Shown here one piece after another: positions 18,487 to 29,001 of a stretch of DNA of 64,000 nucleotides. A program made the translations under genes and the position numbers. The DNA is from an uncultured Methanosarcinales archaeon (GTDB lineage: Archaea; Halobacteriota; Methanosarcinia; Methanotrichales; Methanotrichaceae). The stretch covers positions 32,001 to 96,000 of the forward strand of contig CAWJKV010000015.1 in the NCBI GenBank assembly GCA_963843555.1. The letters run 5' to 3'. Every line of letters begins with the position of its first letter. Positions within the stretch are counted from its first letter, which is position 1. The notes under the pieces are model-generated. The model saw only the letters and a list, made by a program, of their open reading frames with translations, made no database searches and had not been told where the DNA came from.

Positions 18487-18936
18487 ATGAAGATGATTGA
18501 GCACAAGCAGATCGCAGTTTTTGATCCGACATCAAACGGAGTGATTGAGGTGGACGAAGGAATAGCCCCTCTGCTCAAAGCCATCTGGGATTTTGGAATC
18601 ACGACCTGCAATTCTTGCCAGGAGAACAGGCCGGGAGTTGTGTGGATAGAATTTCTCACGACAGGAGATGCAGAGACGTTCTTGACTCGTGTGATATCCG
18701 GCCTCGATCCGTTTAATAGCCCAGACGCTGATAATTGGCTTTACTCCAGAATAATTGGCGAAAACGGTGGCTGGAAGTATAACGCTCATCCACATGACAT
18801 AAGAGAATACCTGGACGATGATTTAGGGGTAATCGAATTGAACTCCTCCCAAGCATGTGAAATAGGACTCTCGTTATCGGTTCGATTTCCGGTTGCAGAT
18901 TACGAAAGGTTGCTCGAACTGGTGGGGAGAAGATAG
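18487..18936 (+). CDS. Hypothetical protein (VDEGIAPLL...GITTCNSCQ motif)
   Basis: AAGGAG RBS; 149-aa ORF with globular composition. Confidence 0.7.
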   Translation: MKMIEHKQIAVFDPTSNGVIEVDEGIAPLLKAIWDFGITTCNSCQENRPGVVWIEFLTTGDAETFLTRVISGLDPFNSPDADNWLYSRIIGENGGWKYNAHPHDIREYLDDDLGVIELNSSQACEIGLSLSVRFPVADYERLLELVGRR

Positions 18937-19036
18937 TGTTGCTAAGCTGGAATAATTGTATCGATAATAGACTTATGATGATGTTAAATAATTAGCAGAT
19001 AATCGATATCAGAATAGGGTATGTGGAGGAATCTAT

Positions 19037-19366
19037 ATTAAACATGCTGAGTCACCAGAAATTGAAAAGTTTGACGACATAATCTCGGAGCTCGAAAAGA
19101 GAGGCGTTGCGGTGCTGATGCATCGTCCTACGCGCTGGGGCTATGTCGTAGATGCTGTAATCCCTTCGGCAAAGATCGTAATTCTAAAGATGCCGGATCT
19201 GACCAAGCAGGTCAAAGTGGCCATGAGCCAGTTCAGGGATCTTATAAATAGACTGGAGAGTGATGGATACCAGGTAATCGTAATTCCCAAGAACATCATG
19301 AACCAGGAGCAGATCAAAGCCTTCTGTGATAAGATCTCTGTTGAGCCTGCTCTTGCAGCAGCCTGA
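19037..19366 (+). CDS. Hypothetical protein, DUF559/Vsr-like fold; possible ATT start (the ORF track uses GTG at 19112)
   Basis: The frame is open from 18992 and GGAGG lies 7 nt before ATT at 19037. GYVVDAVIPSAKIVI and RLESDGYQVIVI resemble DUF559. Confidence 0.5.
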   Translation: MKHAESPEIEKFDDIISELEKRGVAVLMHRPTRWGYVVDAVIPSAKIVILKMPDLTKQVKVAMSQFRDLINRLESDGYQVIVIPKNIMNQEQIKAFCDKISVEPALAAA

Positions 19367-19628
19367 TGGAATCGAGGATTTATGCAACTGGAACCGGCGA
19401 GAAGAATTCCCGGGTCCGTTACTTTTCTATTTTGTATAATAAAACTTCAAAGGCATAATTTTCAAAGGTTTCACATCCCCCCTCCTATCCACCTGCTTCA
19501 ATTATATTATCGGGACTCCTAACCAGGATTTTCAAGCGTCAGGATCATATAAATAGAGCACGAAGCCGCCCGGGAGACAGTCAATTCCCGTTCACGCTGT
19601 TAAGTCGACTGATCAATGAGGTGAAGAT

Positions 19629-20325
19629 ATGAAAAATTTAACACCATTTCTGGTTTGCATCGCTTTCTTGATGGCGATGACTGCATCGGTTTCAAGCGCT
19701 TCCGCCGTATGTTCGACCTGCGCCCAAGAAGGGGATTGGAGCCAAAGTGCAAGCAGCTTTCTTGAAGGCAAGCCCTTGAGCGATGAGCCCCAGGAATACG
19801 GTCCAAAGGCAGTTCGCAAGACCACATCCCAGTTTGAGAATGAGTCCAAGGCCGCCCAGGAGGCCCCCAGCAGCGATGCGAATGCTGCCGCAACTGCGGC
19901 TGTGGATGCCAGCGCAGCAAATGTCGCCATCAATCTTAAGAGCATTAATGCCAGTCCGAGTTCTGTGAACTCAGGAAGTCCTGTTAAGATCACTGCCATC
20001 TTTTCAGTGGGCAGTCCAGTGCAACCGGAGAACCAGACGGAGATTGCCAATAACGCCTCAACTTCCTTGGATGACGAGCCTGCTGACAGCAAGCGCCGCC
20101 GTCAAGGATTCGACAGGCAAAGATGTTGGAAATGTTAACCTGCTAAAATTTGCAGGAAATGAGTATTTCGGATACTGGAATGCTCAAGTCCCCGCTGGCG
20201 TATACAATGTAAATGTATTTGCCTCGTCCCCACAAGGATCAGAAACCTTCAATAATGCCCTGCAAATAAGCGTTGTCGCATCCGGCAATGTGTCCGGCAC
20301 TCCTGCTGTCAAGAATCTGGAGTGA
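19629..20325 (+). CDS. Secreted protein with an Ig-like C-terminal domain, split by one +1 frameshift near 20070
   Basis: Signal peptide in ORF 19629-20138; continues in the +1 frame as TASAAVKDSTG...YFGYWNAQVPAGVYNV. Confidence 0.65.
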
Positions 20326-20452
20326 GATCAGTCCGGCAACTGCTGGCCCGATCTCCGTTCTTTTTTATTTCCTGGGGCGAAATCCCAATTGTTTTTGTGT
20401 CGGCTGGAATTATTTAGCAATTCCATATCGAGATCCCACAAGCCGTTAATGG

Positions 20453-21160
20453 CTAAAGGAGCTCAGACAGCAACCGCCTTCTAAGTCCCTCAGTCTCTTT
20501 GAGGAAGAACCTGGAACGAAGCTTTCCCCGTACTTTTGCGCGTGTGTAGACCAGCATCTCATTCTCCATTTGCACCTTCTGCAGGCCCTCCAACTCATCT
20601 TTTTCGGCAAGAGACAGCTCGATCTCGCCAACTTTTCCTGCCGTCCAGTCGAAGACCCGGGCCTTGTAGATGGTTCGGATATGCTTTTGGCGGCCCCTGG
20701 ACCAATCCTTTTCCGACACCAGAACTGCGGCATACTCTACAGGGCCAATAAATTCCCGGCACTTTTCATCCGGCTGGCAGAGCCCGAGGTCTGATATGCC
20801 AAGATCCGGGTAGCCTCTGCTTTGCATCTGCATAGTTTTGCATTTGGGGCAGTGCATCATCCCAAACCACTCAGTGAAGATCCGCTCTTCAACGGCGACG
20901 GCATCCGACCAGAGCGACTTCGCCTCGGCGCTGCCCCAGCCCAATTGACCCAGGAATGAGGCCAGGATCGCCGCCCTCCTGTATCTGCCCTTCTCGCCTG
21001 CGGCTTTCCCAATTATATTCTTGATGCAGGGTGGAAAGGCAGCAGGCAAGGCTGGATCCATTGCCACCCACAGCGTCTCCTGACAAGGCTCGATCTCAAG
21101 GAGTGATATGGGAAGCTCCTTTCCTACTGCGGGCAACAGGCGGTCTCCTCTGGAGGGCAT
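20453..21160 (-). CDS. Protein related to the C-terminal Fe-S domain of the DNA primase large subunit (PriL-like)
   Basis: FPPCIKNI, R..LASFL..LGW, HCPKC and GLCQPDEKC motifs. Confidence 0.7.
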   Translation of the reverse strand: MPSRGDRLLPAVGKELPISLLEIEPCQETLWVAMDPALPAAFPPCIKNIIGKAAGEKGRYRRAAILASFLGQLGWGSAEAKSLWSDAVAVEERIFTEWFGMMHCPKCKTMQMQSRGYPDLGISDLGLCQPDEKCREFIGPVEYAAVLVSEKDWSRGRQKHIRTIYKARVFDWTAGKVGEIELSLAEKDELEGLQKVQMENEMLVYTRAKVRGKLRSRFFLKETEGLRRRLLSELL

Positions 21161-22681
21161 CTACGCTCTTTTGTGCCCTCCCACAAAATAAGCCTGCGTG
21201 TCCTTCTCCGGATGCGCTTGCTGAGGCACGGCAGCGCCCCCTTTCTGGGTCTCGAAATCCATTCTGTTCTTGAGGATGCATCGACCTTTGCGCAGCCCGC
21301 CCAGAGGATTTTTAGGTGTGCCCATGGAGTTCATGCAGCGTGCCATCACGGCAGCCCCCCTGGCCAGTCCATCGTCCACGAAGACTACATTCGTCTCCGG
21401 CAGGTCATAGAGCCCGAGCTTCTCGATTTCCTCCAGGATCAAACGGGGCTTATTGCCGCTGATTCCGGCTCGACCGGTGACGCCGATGGCAGTATTTCCT
21501 GTGACAATGCCCTCATCGATTCCCACCTGCACCAGCCGGCGCGCCACACTGGCCATGACCAGGTCCAGAGTGCCAAAAAGGATCTTCAAATTCTTGGTTT
21601 TATGGATATCAGCGCCAATCTCGGATAGCTTTTCCAGGTCGCTTCCGTTTACACCCACATCGCAGCCTATGAGGACGACGTTGTTCAGGGCCGCAGCCTG
21701 CGGGCTCACGGGCACAAGGCCGTATTTATTGCGACTTTGAGGCACCTTCTCTATTACTACTAATTCCTCAATCAGATCCGCGAAGGCTCGAGCCTCTTTG
21801 CCGTACTCTGGCTTCATCCTGGCGTCAAAGATGTCCAGCGTTGCCCCAGTTTTCTTGTCTACCAGCCCAGTGCCCTGCACCACAGCATCGGGGATGGCTC
21901 CCGCCAGGCCAAGCAGATTTCCGATGGTGTGGGCATAGGGCAGCTCTTCGCTCGTCACCCTGCCGTCCAGTGTAGTGCCGAAGTCCATAGAGAGGCAGGG
22001 GTTGCGAAAGTCCACATCTGTCCAGCGGCTCCCTTCCTTAATGCCGGCTGTGGCCAGCTCGCCTTCCATCTCATTGGCCACGACTTCTACACCTGTAGAC
22101 CCCTGCGGTGGGAAGCATGAGGCTACTGCCCCCATGAAGGTCACCTTTTCAATCATGGTGTAGCTCTTGAACTTATCGAGTATATTGTGGATGCTCATGG
22201 CCGGGGTCATGAGCCGGGGCGGAACACCTGCATCAAGGCAGCCTTTCGCCAGGGCCTGGATGAAAGCGCCCACCTGTTCCGGTGAATCCAGCTCAGCCAC
22301 GACGCCGGTGGAGCGCACCACGAAGTTCAGATCGGTCTTGATATCCAGTCGGGCCTTTTCATGGCTCTCGATAAGAGTGTTTTTCACCAGTTCCGCAATG
22401 GATTCTTCGGTTAGGGGCGTGCCGTTGATGGTATGAGCGAAGACCTCTTCACCTGGTTTTGGCAGCCTCACGTCTCTGGTCATCTTCACAGTTTTGTCGA
22501 CGATGTAGGTCTTGCCTGTAATCAGGTCAGTAGCGGTTAGAATGCATTTGGTAGTAGTATTGCCCACCTCGACCGAGGCCACGATGTAGTAGGGCTTGGT
22601 CCGAAGATCCAGGTAGTTGACAGGCGGGCTTTCTGCAATGCGGGGTGTGGGTTTGGACTTGAAGAGGCGACCAAGGTTCAT
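21161..22681 (-). CDS. Methanogenesis marker 14 protein (DUF2114)
   Basis: VASVEVGNTTTKCILTAT, VRSTGV, NEMEGEL, DFGTTL and DDGLARGAAVMARCMNS. Confidence 0.92.
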   Translation of the reverse strand: MNLGRLFKSKPTPRIAESPPVNYLDLRTKPYYIVASVEVGNTTTKCILTATDLITGKTYIVDKTVKMTRDVRLPKPGEEVFAHTINGTPLTEESIAELVKNTLIESHEKARLDIKTDLNFVVRSTGVVAELDSPEQVGAFIQALAKGCLDAGVPPRLMTPAMSIHNILDKFKSYTMIEKVTFMGAVASCFPPQGSTGVEVVANEMEGELATAGIKEGSRWTDVDFRNPCLSMDFGTTLDGRVTSEELPYAHTIGNLLGLAGAIPDAVVQGTGLVDKKTGATLDIFDARMKPEYGKEARAFADLIEELVVIEKVPQSRNKYGLVPVSPQAAALNNVVLIGCDVGVNGSDLEKLSEIGADIHKTKNLKILFGTLDLVMASVARRLVQVGIDEGIVTGNTAIGVTGRAGISGNKPRLILEEIEKLGLYDLPETNVVFVDDGLARGAAVMARCMNSMGTPKNPLGGLRKGRCILKNRMDFETQKGGAAVPQQAHPEKDTQAYFVGGHKRA

Positions 22682-22786
22682 GGCTCAGGGAAGTGGTCAG
22701 GGAGACATTAAGGCTTTGGGTGGACGGGCAAGCTGCGGACTATGTCGAAGCCTCATTGAACTTTATCCAAGGCATATTTATTCTCT

Positions 22787-23086
22787 TTAATATAGGTTCC
22801 TGAATTTCCTCTCCAGGGGGTCGGTCAAGACTTGCATATCCTCCGTCATTGGTTTTTCTGTAGGGAATATTTTTCCGGCCAGTTCCAGATCGTCATACCT
22901 AATATCAGCCAATAACAGATCCGGAGGCGTTGTAAAATTCAGCTTCGATGAATTATTGAACCAATCATCAACTGAGCTGGAGTTATTGAGCAGCGTATCA
23001 TTTATGCTTGAGTTGTTGATTGAAGTAGTATTTATTGATGCATTATTCGATGCTAATAGGATGAATATTGCGATAAATTTTAACAT
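22787..23086 (-). CDS. Small secreted Asn-rich hypothetical protein
   Basis: Hydrophobic N-terminus followed by repeated NNxSI sequons; AT-rich. Confidence 0.55.
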   Translation of the reverse strand: MLKFIAIFILLASNNASINTTSINNSSINDTLLNNSSSVDDWFNNSSKLNFTTPPDLLLADIRYDDLELAGKIFPTEKPMTEDMQVLTDPLERKFRNLY

Positions 23087-23286
23087 GATGATCTGATACC
23101 CCCCAGACTTTTTAAAACCTATTAATGACTGAATTCACAGAACTGCAAACCCAGTAATCTAATTCTCGTCTCCTGCATTTAATAGTTTATGATCCAACAT
23201 TTCGGGTTAACTGGATTCTGCCATCAAGATCAAAAAGACCACAAAGCCGATATACCTCCTTATCTTAGCGCATAGCGAAAGGCGAG

Positions 23287-24974
23287 ATGAAAATGCTTAT
23301 TGGAATTGATGTGGGCGGCACCACCACCGATGCCGTTGTCGTGGACGGCAATAAGGTGGTCAAGACCGCATATGTGCCAACAGATCACGATAACCTGTTG
23401 AAGTGCCTGCTTGGGGCAATGGATGAGCTGGTGCAGGGCATCGATACCGGCAAGATCGAGCGAGTGGTCCTGAGCACTACACTGATTACTAATATGATCG
23501 CTGAGGGCAAGACCGATCCCGTGGCTTTGGTGCTCATACCGGGGCCCGGAACCAATCCCAAGGACTACGCGCTGGGCGAGAGCATCATCTTAGACGGTGC
23601 TATCGATTTCCGGGGCAAAGAGATCGATCGGCTCAATGAGCCCCAGATCAAAGAGGCCGCCTCCAAGATCCGGGCCCAGGGCCTCTCCCGCGTGGCCGTG
23701 GTAGGAAAGTTCTGCCAGAGAAATCATGCCCACGAGCTGAAGGTCGCCGAGATATTGGCCTCTGCTCTGCCAGGTAGCAAGATCGAGCTGGGCCACAAAG
23801 TCTCCGGCCAGCTCAACTTCCCCCGCCGGGCAGCGACAACCATGCTCACGGCCGCCACCAAAGACAGCTATGAGCGGTTTGCCAAAGATGTGGCCAGAGC
23901 TCTGAAAGAGCGCAAGATCTCGGCACCGGTCTACATCCTCAAGGCGGACGGCGGCACTCTGCCCCTGGACAAATCGGTGCAGATGCCTGTAGAGACCATC
24001 TTCTCCGGGCCTGCTGCCAGCATCATGGGCGTTTTGGCGCTGACGCAGCCGGGCCAGAGCTGTGTGGTCGTGGACATCGGCGGCACCACCACCGACCTGG
24101 CGCTCATCCTCTCCGGCAAGCCCCTGCTCTCCGCCAAAGGGGCGAAGGTGGGCTCTCTTCTCACCCACGTGCGGGCTTTTGCCGTCAAGTCGATAGCCAT
24201 CGGCGGCGACAGCGCCGTTGCCGTTTCCGGCCAGGGCTGCGGCGGCAGCCTCCGTCGGGCCGCACCGGGATGGCCCGCCGCTTTGCATGGGCGGAAATGG
24301 GCCCACGCCCACCGATGCCCTGCGAGTTTTGGGACTGTCGAGCATCGGCGACGCCGCAAAGGCTGAGAAGGCCATGCAGATCGTGGCCGACAGGCCTGGG
24401 CTGCACTGCCAAGGAGGCGGCCCAAAAGGTCGTCGATGCCGTGGTGGACAAGATCGTCTTTGAGGTCAATGAGATGTTCCGGGAATGGGAGCAGGAGCCC
24501 GCTTATCGCATCTGGGAGATCATGAAAAGAGAGTTGCTTTCTGCCCAGAGCGTGGTCGGCGTGGGCGGAGGCGCGCCTCCCCTCGTGCCGCTGGTGGCCG
24601 CCCGCCTGGGCGCAGCAGCCATTGTGCCCGAATATGCGCCCGTGGCCAATGCCATCGGGGCCGCCGTGGCCCGGCCCACCTTAACCCTGAACCTGCACAT
24701 CGACACTGAGAAAGGTGAGTTTAGCGTGGCCGAAGAAGGCCTCACGGGCCGGGTGACAGACCAAAAGATGACGCCTGAGGATGCAGAGCGGCTGGCCAAA
24801 CGGCTTTTGGCCGAGCGGGCAGCGCGCCTGGGCATAGGCGAGTATGCCGGCGAGGCCGAGGTTACTTACAGCGAGGTTTTCAATATGATTCGAGGCTGGT
24901 CAACCGTGGGAAGGCTGATGGACGTGCGAATGGAAATTCCAGCAGGTCTTCTACCATCCTGGGGGAGGTGCTGA
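23287..24974 (+). CDS. Hydantoinase/oxoprolinase family protein, split by two +1 frameshifts (about 24240 and 24392)
   Basis: GIDVGGTTTDAV, LSTTLITN, SGPAAS and DIGGTTTD; then GPTPTDAL in the next frame; then ANAIGAAVAR in the third frame. Confidence 0.85.
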
Positions 24975-24975
24975 A

Positions 24976-26342
24976 ATGTCCTCCAAAGGCAAGACCGGCA
25001 AGACGGGCCTCATATTCTTCCCCGCCTTCGACTGGGCCATCTCGCCCACTCACCCGGAGCGAGAGGAGCGGCTGCTCTACACCCGCGACCAGATCTTCGA
25101 GGAGGGGCTGATGGACCTCCCCGCAATCGAGGAGTACAAGCCCCGCCTGGCCGAGAAAAAGGACGTCGCTCGCGCCCATTTCTGCGTTCCCGATGTGGAG
25201 AGCCAGGTGACAGAGGCTCATCTCATCGCCGCCGGCAGCACCCTGACCCTGGCTGATGCCCTGGAGAAGGGCGAGATTCGAAACGGCTTTGCGCTGGTGC
25301 GCCCGCCCGGCCACCACAGCATGCGTGTGGTGCACGGCAACCGCGGCTTTTGCAATATCAACAACATGGCCATCCTGGTCGAGTACCTGAGGACGCAAGT
25401 ACGGCCACAAGAGGATCGCCGTCATCGATACCGATGTGCACCACGGCGACGGAACCCAGGATATATTCTGGCACGACCCGGATGTGCTCTGCCTATCCTT
25501 CCACCAGGACGGCCACACCCTCTATCCGGGCTCGGGCTTCGTCAATGAGATGGGCGGACCGCAGGCGCTGGCCCGAACGCTGAACGTCCCCCTGCCGCCC
25601 GGCACCACGGACGAGGGCATTCACTACGTTCTGGACAATCTCATCCTGCCCATCCTCGAATGAGTTCAAGCCCGATTTGATCCTGAACTCGGCCGGCCAG
25701 GACAACCACTACACTGATCCGCTGGCCAATATGCGCTTCTCAGCCAACGGCTACGCCCGGCTCAATGAAAAGCTGGCTCCCGACCTGTGCGTCCTGGAGG
25801 GAGGCTACGCCGTGGAGACGGCTCTGCCCTATGTGAACACGGGCATCATCCAGGCCATGGCCGGCCTTGATTACTCGCATGTCAAGGAGCCGGACTATGT
25901 GCCCGGTCGCTTCGTGCAGACGGAGGGAATGGTGCGGGAGATCGAGCACACGGTAGCGCAGGTGCAGAAGATCTGGGACCAGAGGGACGAACTGGTAGAA
26001 GAGGCGCTGGAGAGCCTGGGCGACTTCTACCGCCGGAAGAGGCGCGTCTTCTACGACACGGACATGATCAACGAGAACCAGGAAGAGGTAGTTCGCCTCT
26101 GCCCGGACTGCGCCGGCTACATGACCATTCTTACCTCCGCCCAGCGCGGTTACGGCATTTTGAACAGCGCCTTTTGCGTCTCCATTCCCCGCGGCGTTTG
26201 CTCCTCCTGCCGGGATGACGCCAAAGAGGAGTATGCAGAGCATGTGGACGACAGAAGGATCGGTTATGTCTTGATGCAGGACAAGGACAAAGACAAGTTC
26301 AAGTTCTACAACAACATGACCCGGACGGAGAGGGGTTACTGA
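24976..26342 (+). CDS. Histone deacetylase-family (Zn-dependent amidohydrolase) protein, split by two +1 frameshifts (25393 and 25660)
   Basis: HPEREERL, RPPGHH, GFC, DTDVHHGDGTQDIF, SFHQ, SAGQD and LEGGY, distributed across three frames. Confidence 0.88.
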
Positions 26343-26427
26343 GGCCAGAGGCTCCAGTGATCGGACCCTCCGGCCACCCAAGCTCTTTTATTCTTGCAGT
26401 TTTTGTTTTAATGCTATCACTACTGAT

Positions 26428-27040
26428 ATGACCGATAGAGCCGGTGAGCTGGAAGCTGCGGCGTCGTTGATAGATAACGAGTCCCTGGATACAGCCAAAG
26501 CTGCAATCATCATAGTCTGTCAGGAATATCTCTGCTGGGCAGATCTTTTCATCCGGAGACTGGAGACAGTCGAGCCCGACCAGCTGCACAAGTTCGGACG
26601 GGCTCTGGCTCTCACCATGCTCGGCCATCTGCCCACCCGGCCTGGAACATGCCCTTTTTGCATCCAGTACGGAAAAAGTCAGAGCTGTCAGGGCTGCGGC
26701 TATGCAGCAACGCATGGCCGCTGCGATGCAGATGATTCCTCATTCAGCCTTTTTATCGAGGCCTTCCAGGATCTGGGAAGGGCCATCTACCAGGATACGG
26801 GCCAGTTAAGCTGCCCTCCGGATGATGCCAGGAGACGTCTCAATGAAATCCATTCAGGCCTCACGCGGTCTGGCCAGGAAGATGATGGAGGATCTGCCCT
26901 CCACCTCTGCTTTGATGCTGATGGAGCGAAAGGCCTGGTACCTTGATCAGATGATCAGGCTCCTTCCTCTGGAACTACTAGATCAAGAGGTCACTGAGAG
27001 ATGCCGTCAGGTGCAAAAGGAGCTCTCGAATTACTGGTAG
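26428..27040 (+). CDS. Cys-rich helical hypothetical protein, split by one +1 frameshift (about 26847)
   Basis: CPFC-x8-CQGC-x8-C motif; continues in ORF 26822-27040. Confidence 0.65.
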
Positions 27041-27153
27041 ACCGATGTGAAAAGCAGGCTCATAAGAATTTATGAAATCGATATGACCTCTGAGCATGAT
27101 CATAAAAAACGCCGGAAGGTCGCAAGAGACTTTGGCCCGTAAGAAAAAGCCAA

Positions 27154-28248
27154 TCACGTCAGATGCTTCTTCAGCACATCCAAATAGAGCTTCTGCACAT
27201 TCTCCCGGGTCTTGGTCATCTCCGGGAATCCACTATATTTCATGGCCTTCTCTGCATCTTCGGGGAGATTGAGCTTGTACTGGCTGCGGGAGAGGAACCA
27301 GCCCTGTTTGGCATAATAGCGGGAGAGGTACTCCTGCTCTGTCTGGCCGGGAGTGGGAGTGAAAAGCCCATGCTTCTTATCCAGCTCCACCATCTCCATC
27401 ATAGTGGTATAACCGGATCTTGTGATCAGGAACCGGGCCCGGTTCATAAGCTCCACCTTTTCGTCCGTGGAGAGGTAGGAGTGCACAGCGGTATGCTCAT
27501 CCAGTTTCCTGTGCGATTCTTTTTGCGGGCTACCCAGGAGGACGACCTTCTCTCCGGGCAACTTCGTCACCTGCTTGAGAATGATCTCCTCGAGCTTGGT
27601 CCTCTGCGGCTCAGGGCCGGATACTATTATCAGGTAATCCAGGTCTTCGTCCATCTTCATCTTCTTGGTGCTGGTCAGGATTCCGGCGAAGTACGCCCTT
27701 TTGTTGGTAGCATCCAGGTTGGAGCGGCAAAGCTTGCCGCTGAGGTTGAGGCAGCCGCCATTGGGATCGATGTCTGGCACGATTACTCCGTCATATTTGG
27801 TGTGGAAGAAGCCATTGAGGGGAAGGGTCAGCAATTCAAAAGGATAAAGATAGTCCGGCAGGCTGAAGCGAAGCTGGTGGGTGATGAAATAGCTGGGAAT
27901 CCTGTTGGAGTAGACTCCCATGCGGTTATCGCTTATGATCAGGTCATACTTATTCTCGGATAAGATCTGGGCCAGCTTTTTTCTCTCCCTGGCCACGGCC
28001 CGGAGGAGGATGGGAATGCTGGCCGTAAACTTGGGCAAGAAGAATTGTGAAGCACTGTAGGGCGCAGGATAGTCCTTGAAGAGTATAAAGTTGCATTCCG
28101 GGCATTCTCTCTTGAGAAGAGCCAGGGCATTGCCACTGGTGCCTACCGTCACCTCATGGCCGCGTCTTATGAGCTCCTCGATGATGGGAATGTCGCGAGT
28201 GGAGTGGCCCAAACCCCAGTTTAGAGGGCTCAAAAATACTTTCCCCAT
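27154..28248 (-). CDS. Glycosyltransferase, GT28/MJ1255-like (GT-B fold)
   Basis: NWGLGHSTR, DLIISDNR, SGPEPQR, RSGYTTMME and PTPGQTEQEYL. Confidence 0.9.
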   Translation of the reverse strand: MGKVFLSPLNWGLGHSTRDIPIIEELIRRGHEVTVGTSGNALALLKRECPECNFILFKDYPAPYSASQFFLPKFTASIPILLRAVARERKKLAQILSENKYDLIISDNRMGVYSNRIPSYFITHQLRFSLPDYLYPFELLTLPLNGFFHTKYDGVIVPDIDPNGGCLNLSGKLCRSNLDATNKRAYFAGILTSTKKMKMDEDLDYLIIVSGPEPQRTKLEEIILKQVTKLPGEKVVLLGSPQKESHRKLDEHTAVHSYLSTDEKVELMNRARFLITRSGYTTMMEMVELDKKHGLFTPTPGQTEQEYLSRYYAKQGWFLSRSQYKLNLPEDAEKAMKYSGFPEMTKTRENVQKLYLDVLKKHLT

Positions 28249-28334
28249 TGTGCGGAAGAGGAGCAGGCTGATGGTATAAAACATTTTCTCGGACGGAAAA
28301 GGGATAAATACGAATCACATGCAGCTATGATTCC

Positions 28335-28580
28335 GTGTATGAACAGATAGAAAAGGCCCTGAAAGAGATTGATGCCAAAAATATTCCAGATCAGGAGAAG
28401 ATGAGAGCCATTCTCAAGAGATATGTGATGGGAGATATCGGCTTGGACGAGGCTTACTACAATCTACTGGAGGAGGAGCTCATTCCCATGCCCCAGAGGT
28501 GCGCCCTGTCCACCAAGATACCTCACACGGCAGAAGATGAGATGAGGCTCAAAGAGGAGATAAGAAGCAAGCTCCTCTAA
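28335..28580 (+). CDS. Hypothetical protein
   Basis: 81-aa ORF with host-like codon usage (IPMPQRC motif). Confidence 0.7.
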   Translation: MYEQIEKALKEIDAKNIPDQEKMRAILKRYVMGDIGLDEAYYNLLEEELIPMPQRCALSTKIPHTAEDEMRLKEEIRSKLL

Positions 28581-28646
28581 GAGCCAGCCGCTCGCAGGTC
28601 CTCTCGGTATCTATCTTCGGGGGGAAAGTGGATTAAGCGGAAGGGA

Positions 28647-28877
28647 GTGCATCTTTTCGGAGAAGAAAAAGCAGGCGACCTGGCAGTGGCAGTGGTGAGC
28701 ACAATGGTGGAAAAGAGCGATGCAATGAGGCAGCATGAGAAATGGATAGAAGAGACCATGAAGCGCAAACCCAAGCATAAGAGAGAAGGGTTGCCGATTC
28801 AACCCTGGCATGCACTCGTCTTCATGGGGGTGTTATTCGTCCTGATGGTATTGATTGGAGAATTGATCCATAGATAA
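28647..28877 (+). CDS. Small membrane protein; start uncertain and possibly later
   Basis: Basic stretch followed by a C-terminal TM helix, PWHALVFMGVLFVLMVLIG. Confidence 0.5.
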   Translation: MHLFGEEKAGDLAVAVVSTMVEKSDAMRQHEKWIEETMKRKPKHKREGLPIQPWHALVFMGVLFVLMVLIGELIHR

Positions 28878-29001
28878 CACGGCCAACCCATATTCTTGAT
28901 AATAGGACCAATCTCCAATTTTTAAAAAACGGAGAAATAGTCTTCTCATAGCCAACATTGCATCAACAAAGAGATATAGTCAGTATGTATCATCCTGGAT
29001 C

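Noticed and set aside
24230..25670. Programmed ribosomal frameshifting in the hydantoinase and HDAC genes
   Set aside because: No slippery heptamers or consistent stimulatory structures; the same +1 pattern across unrelated genes points to sequencing error.
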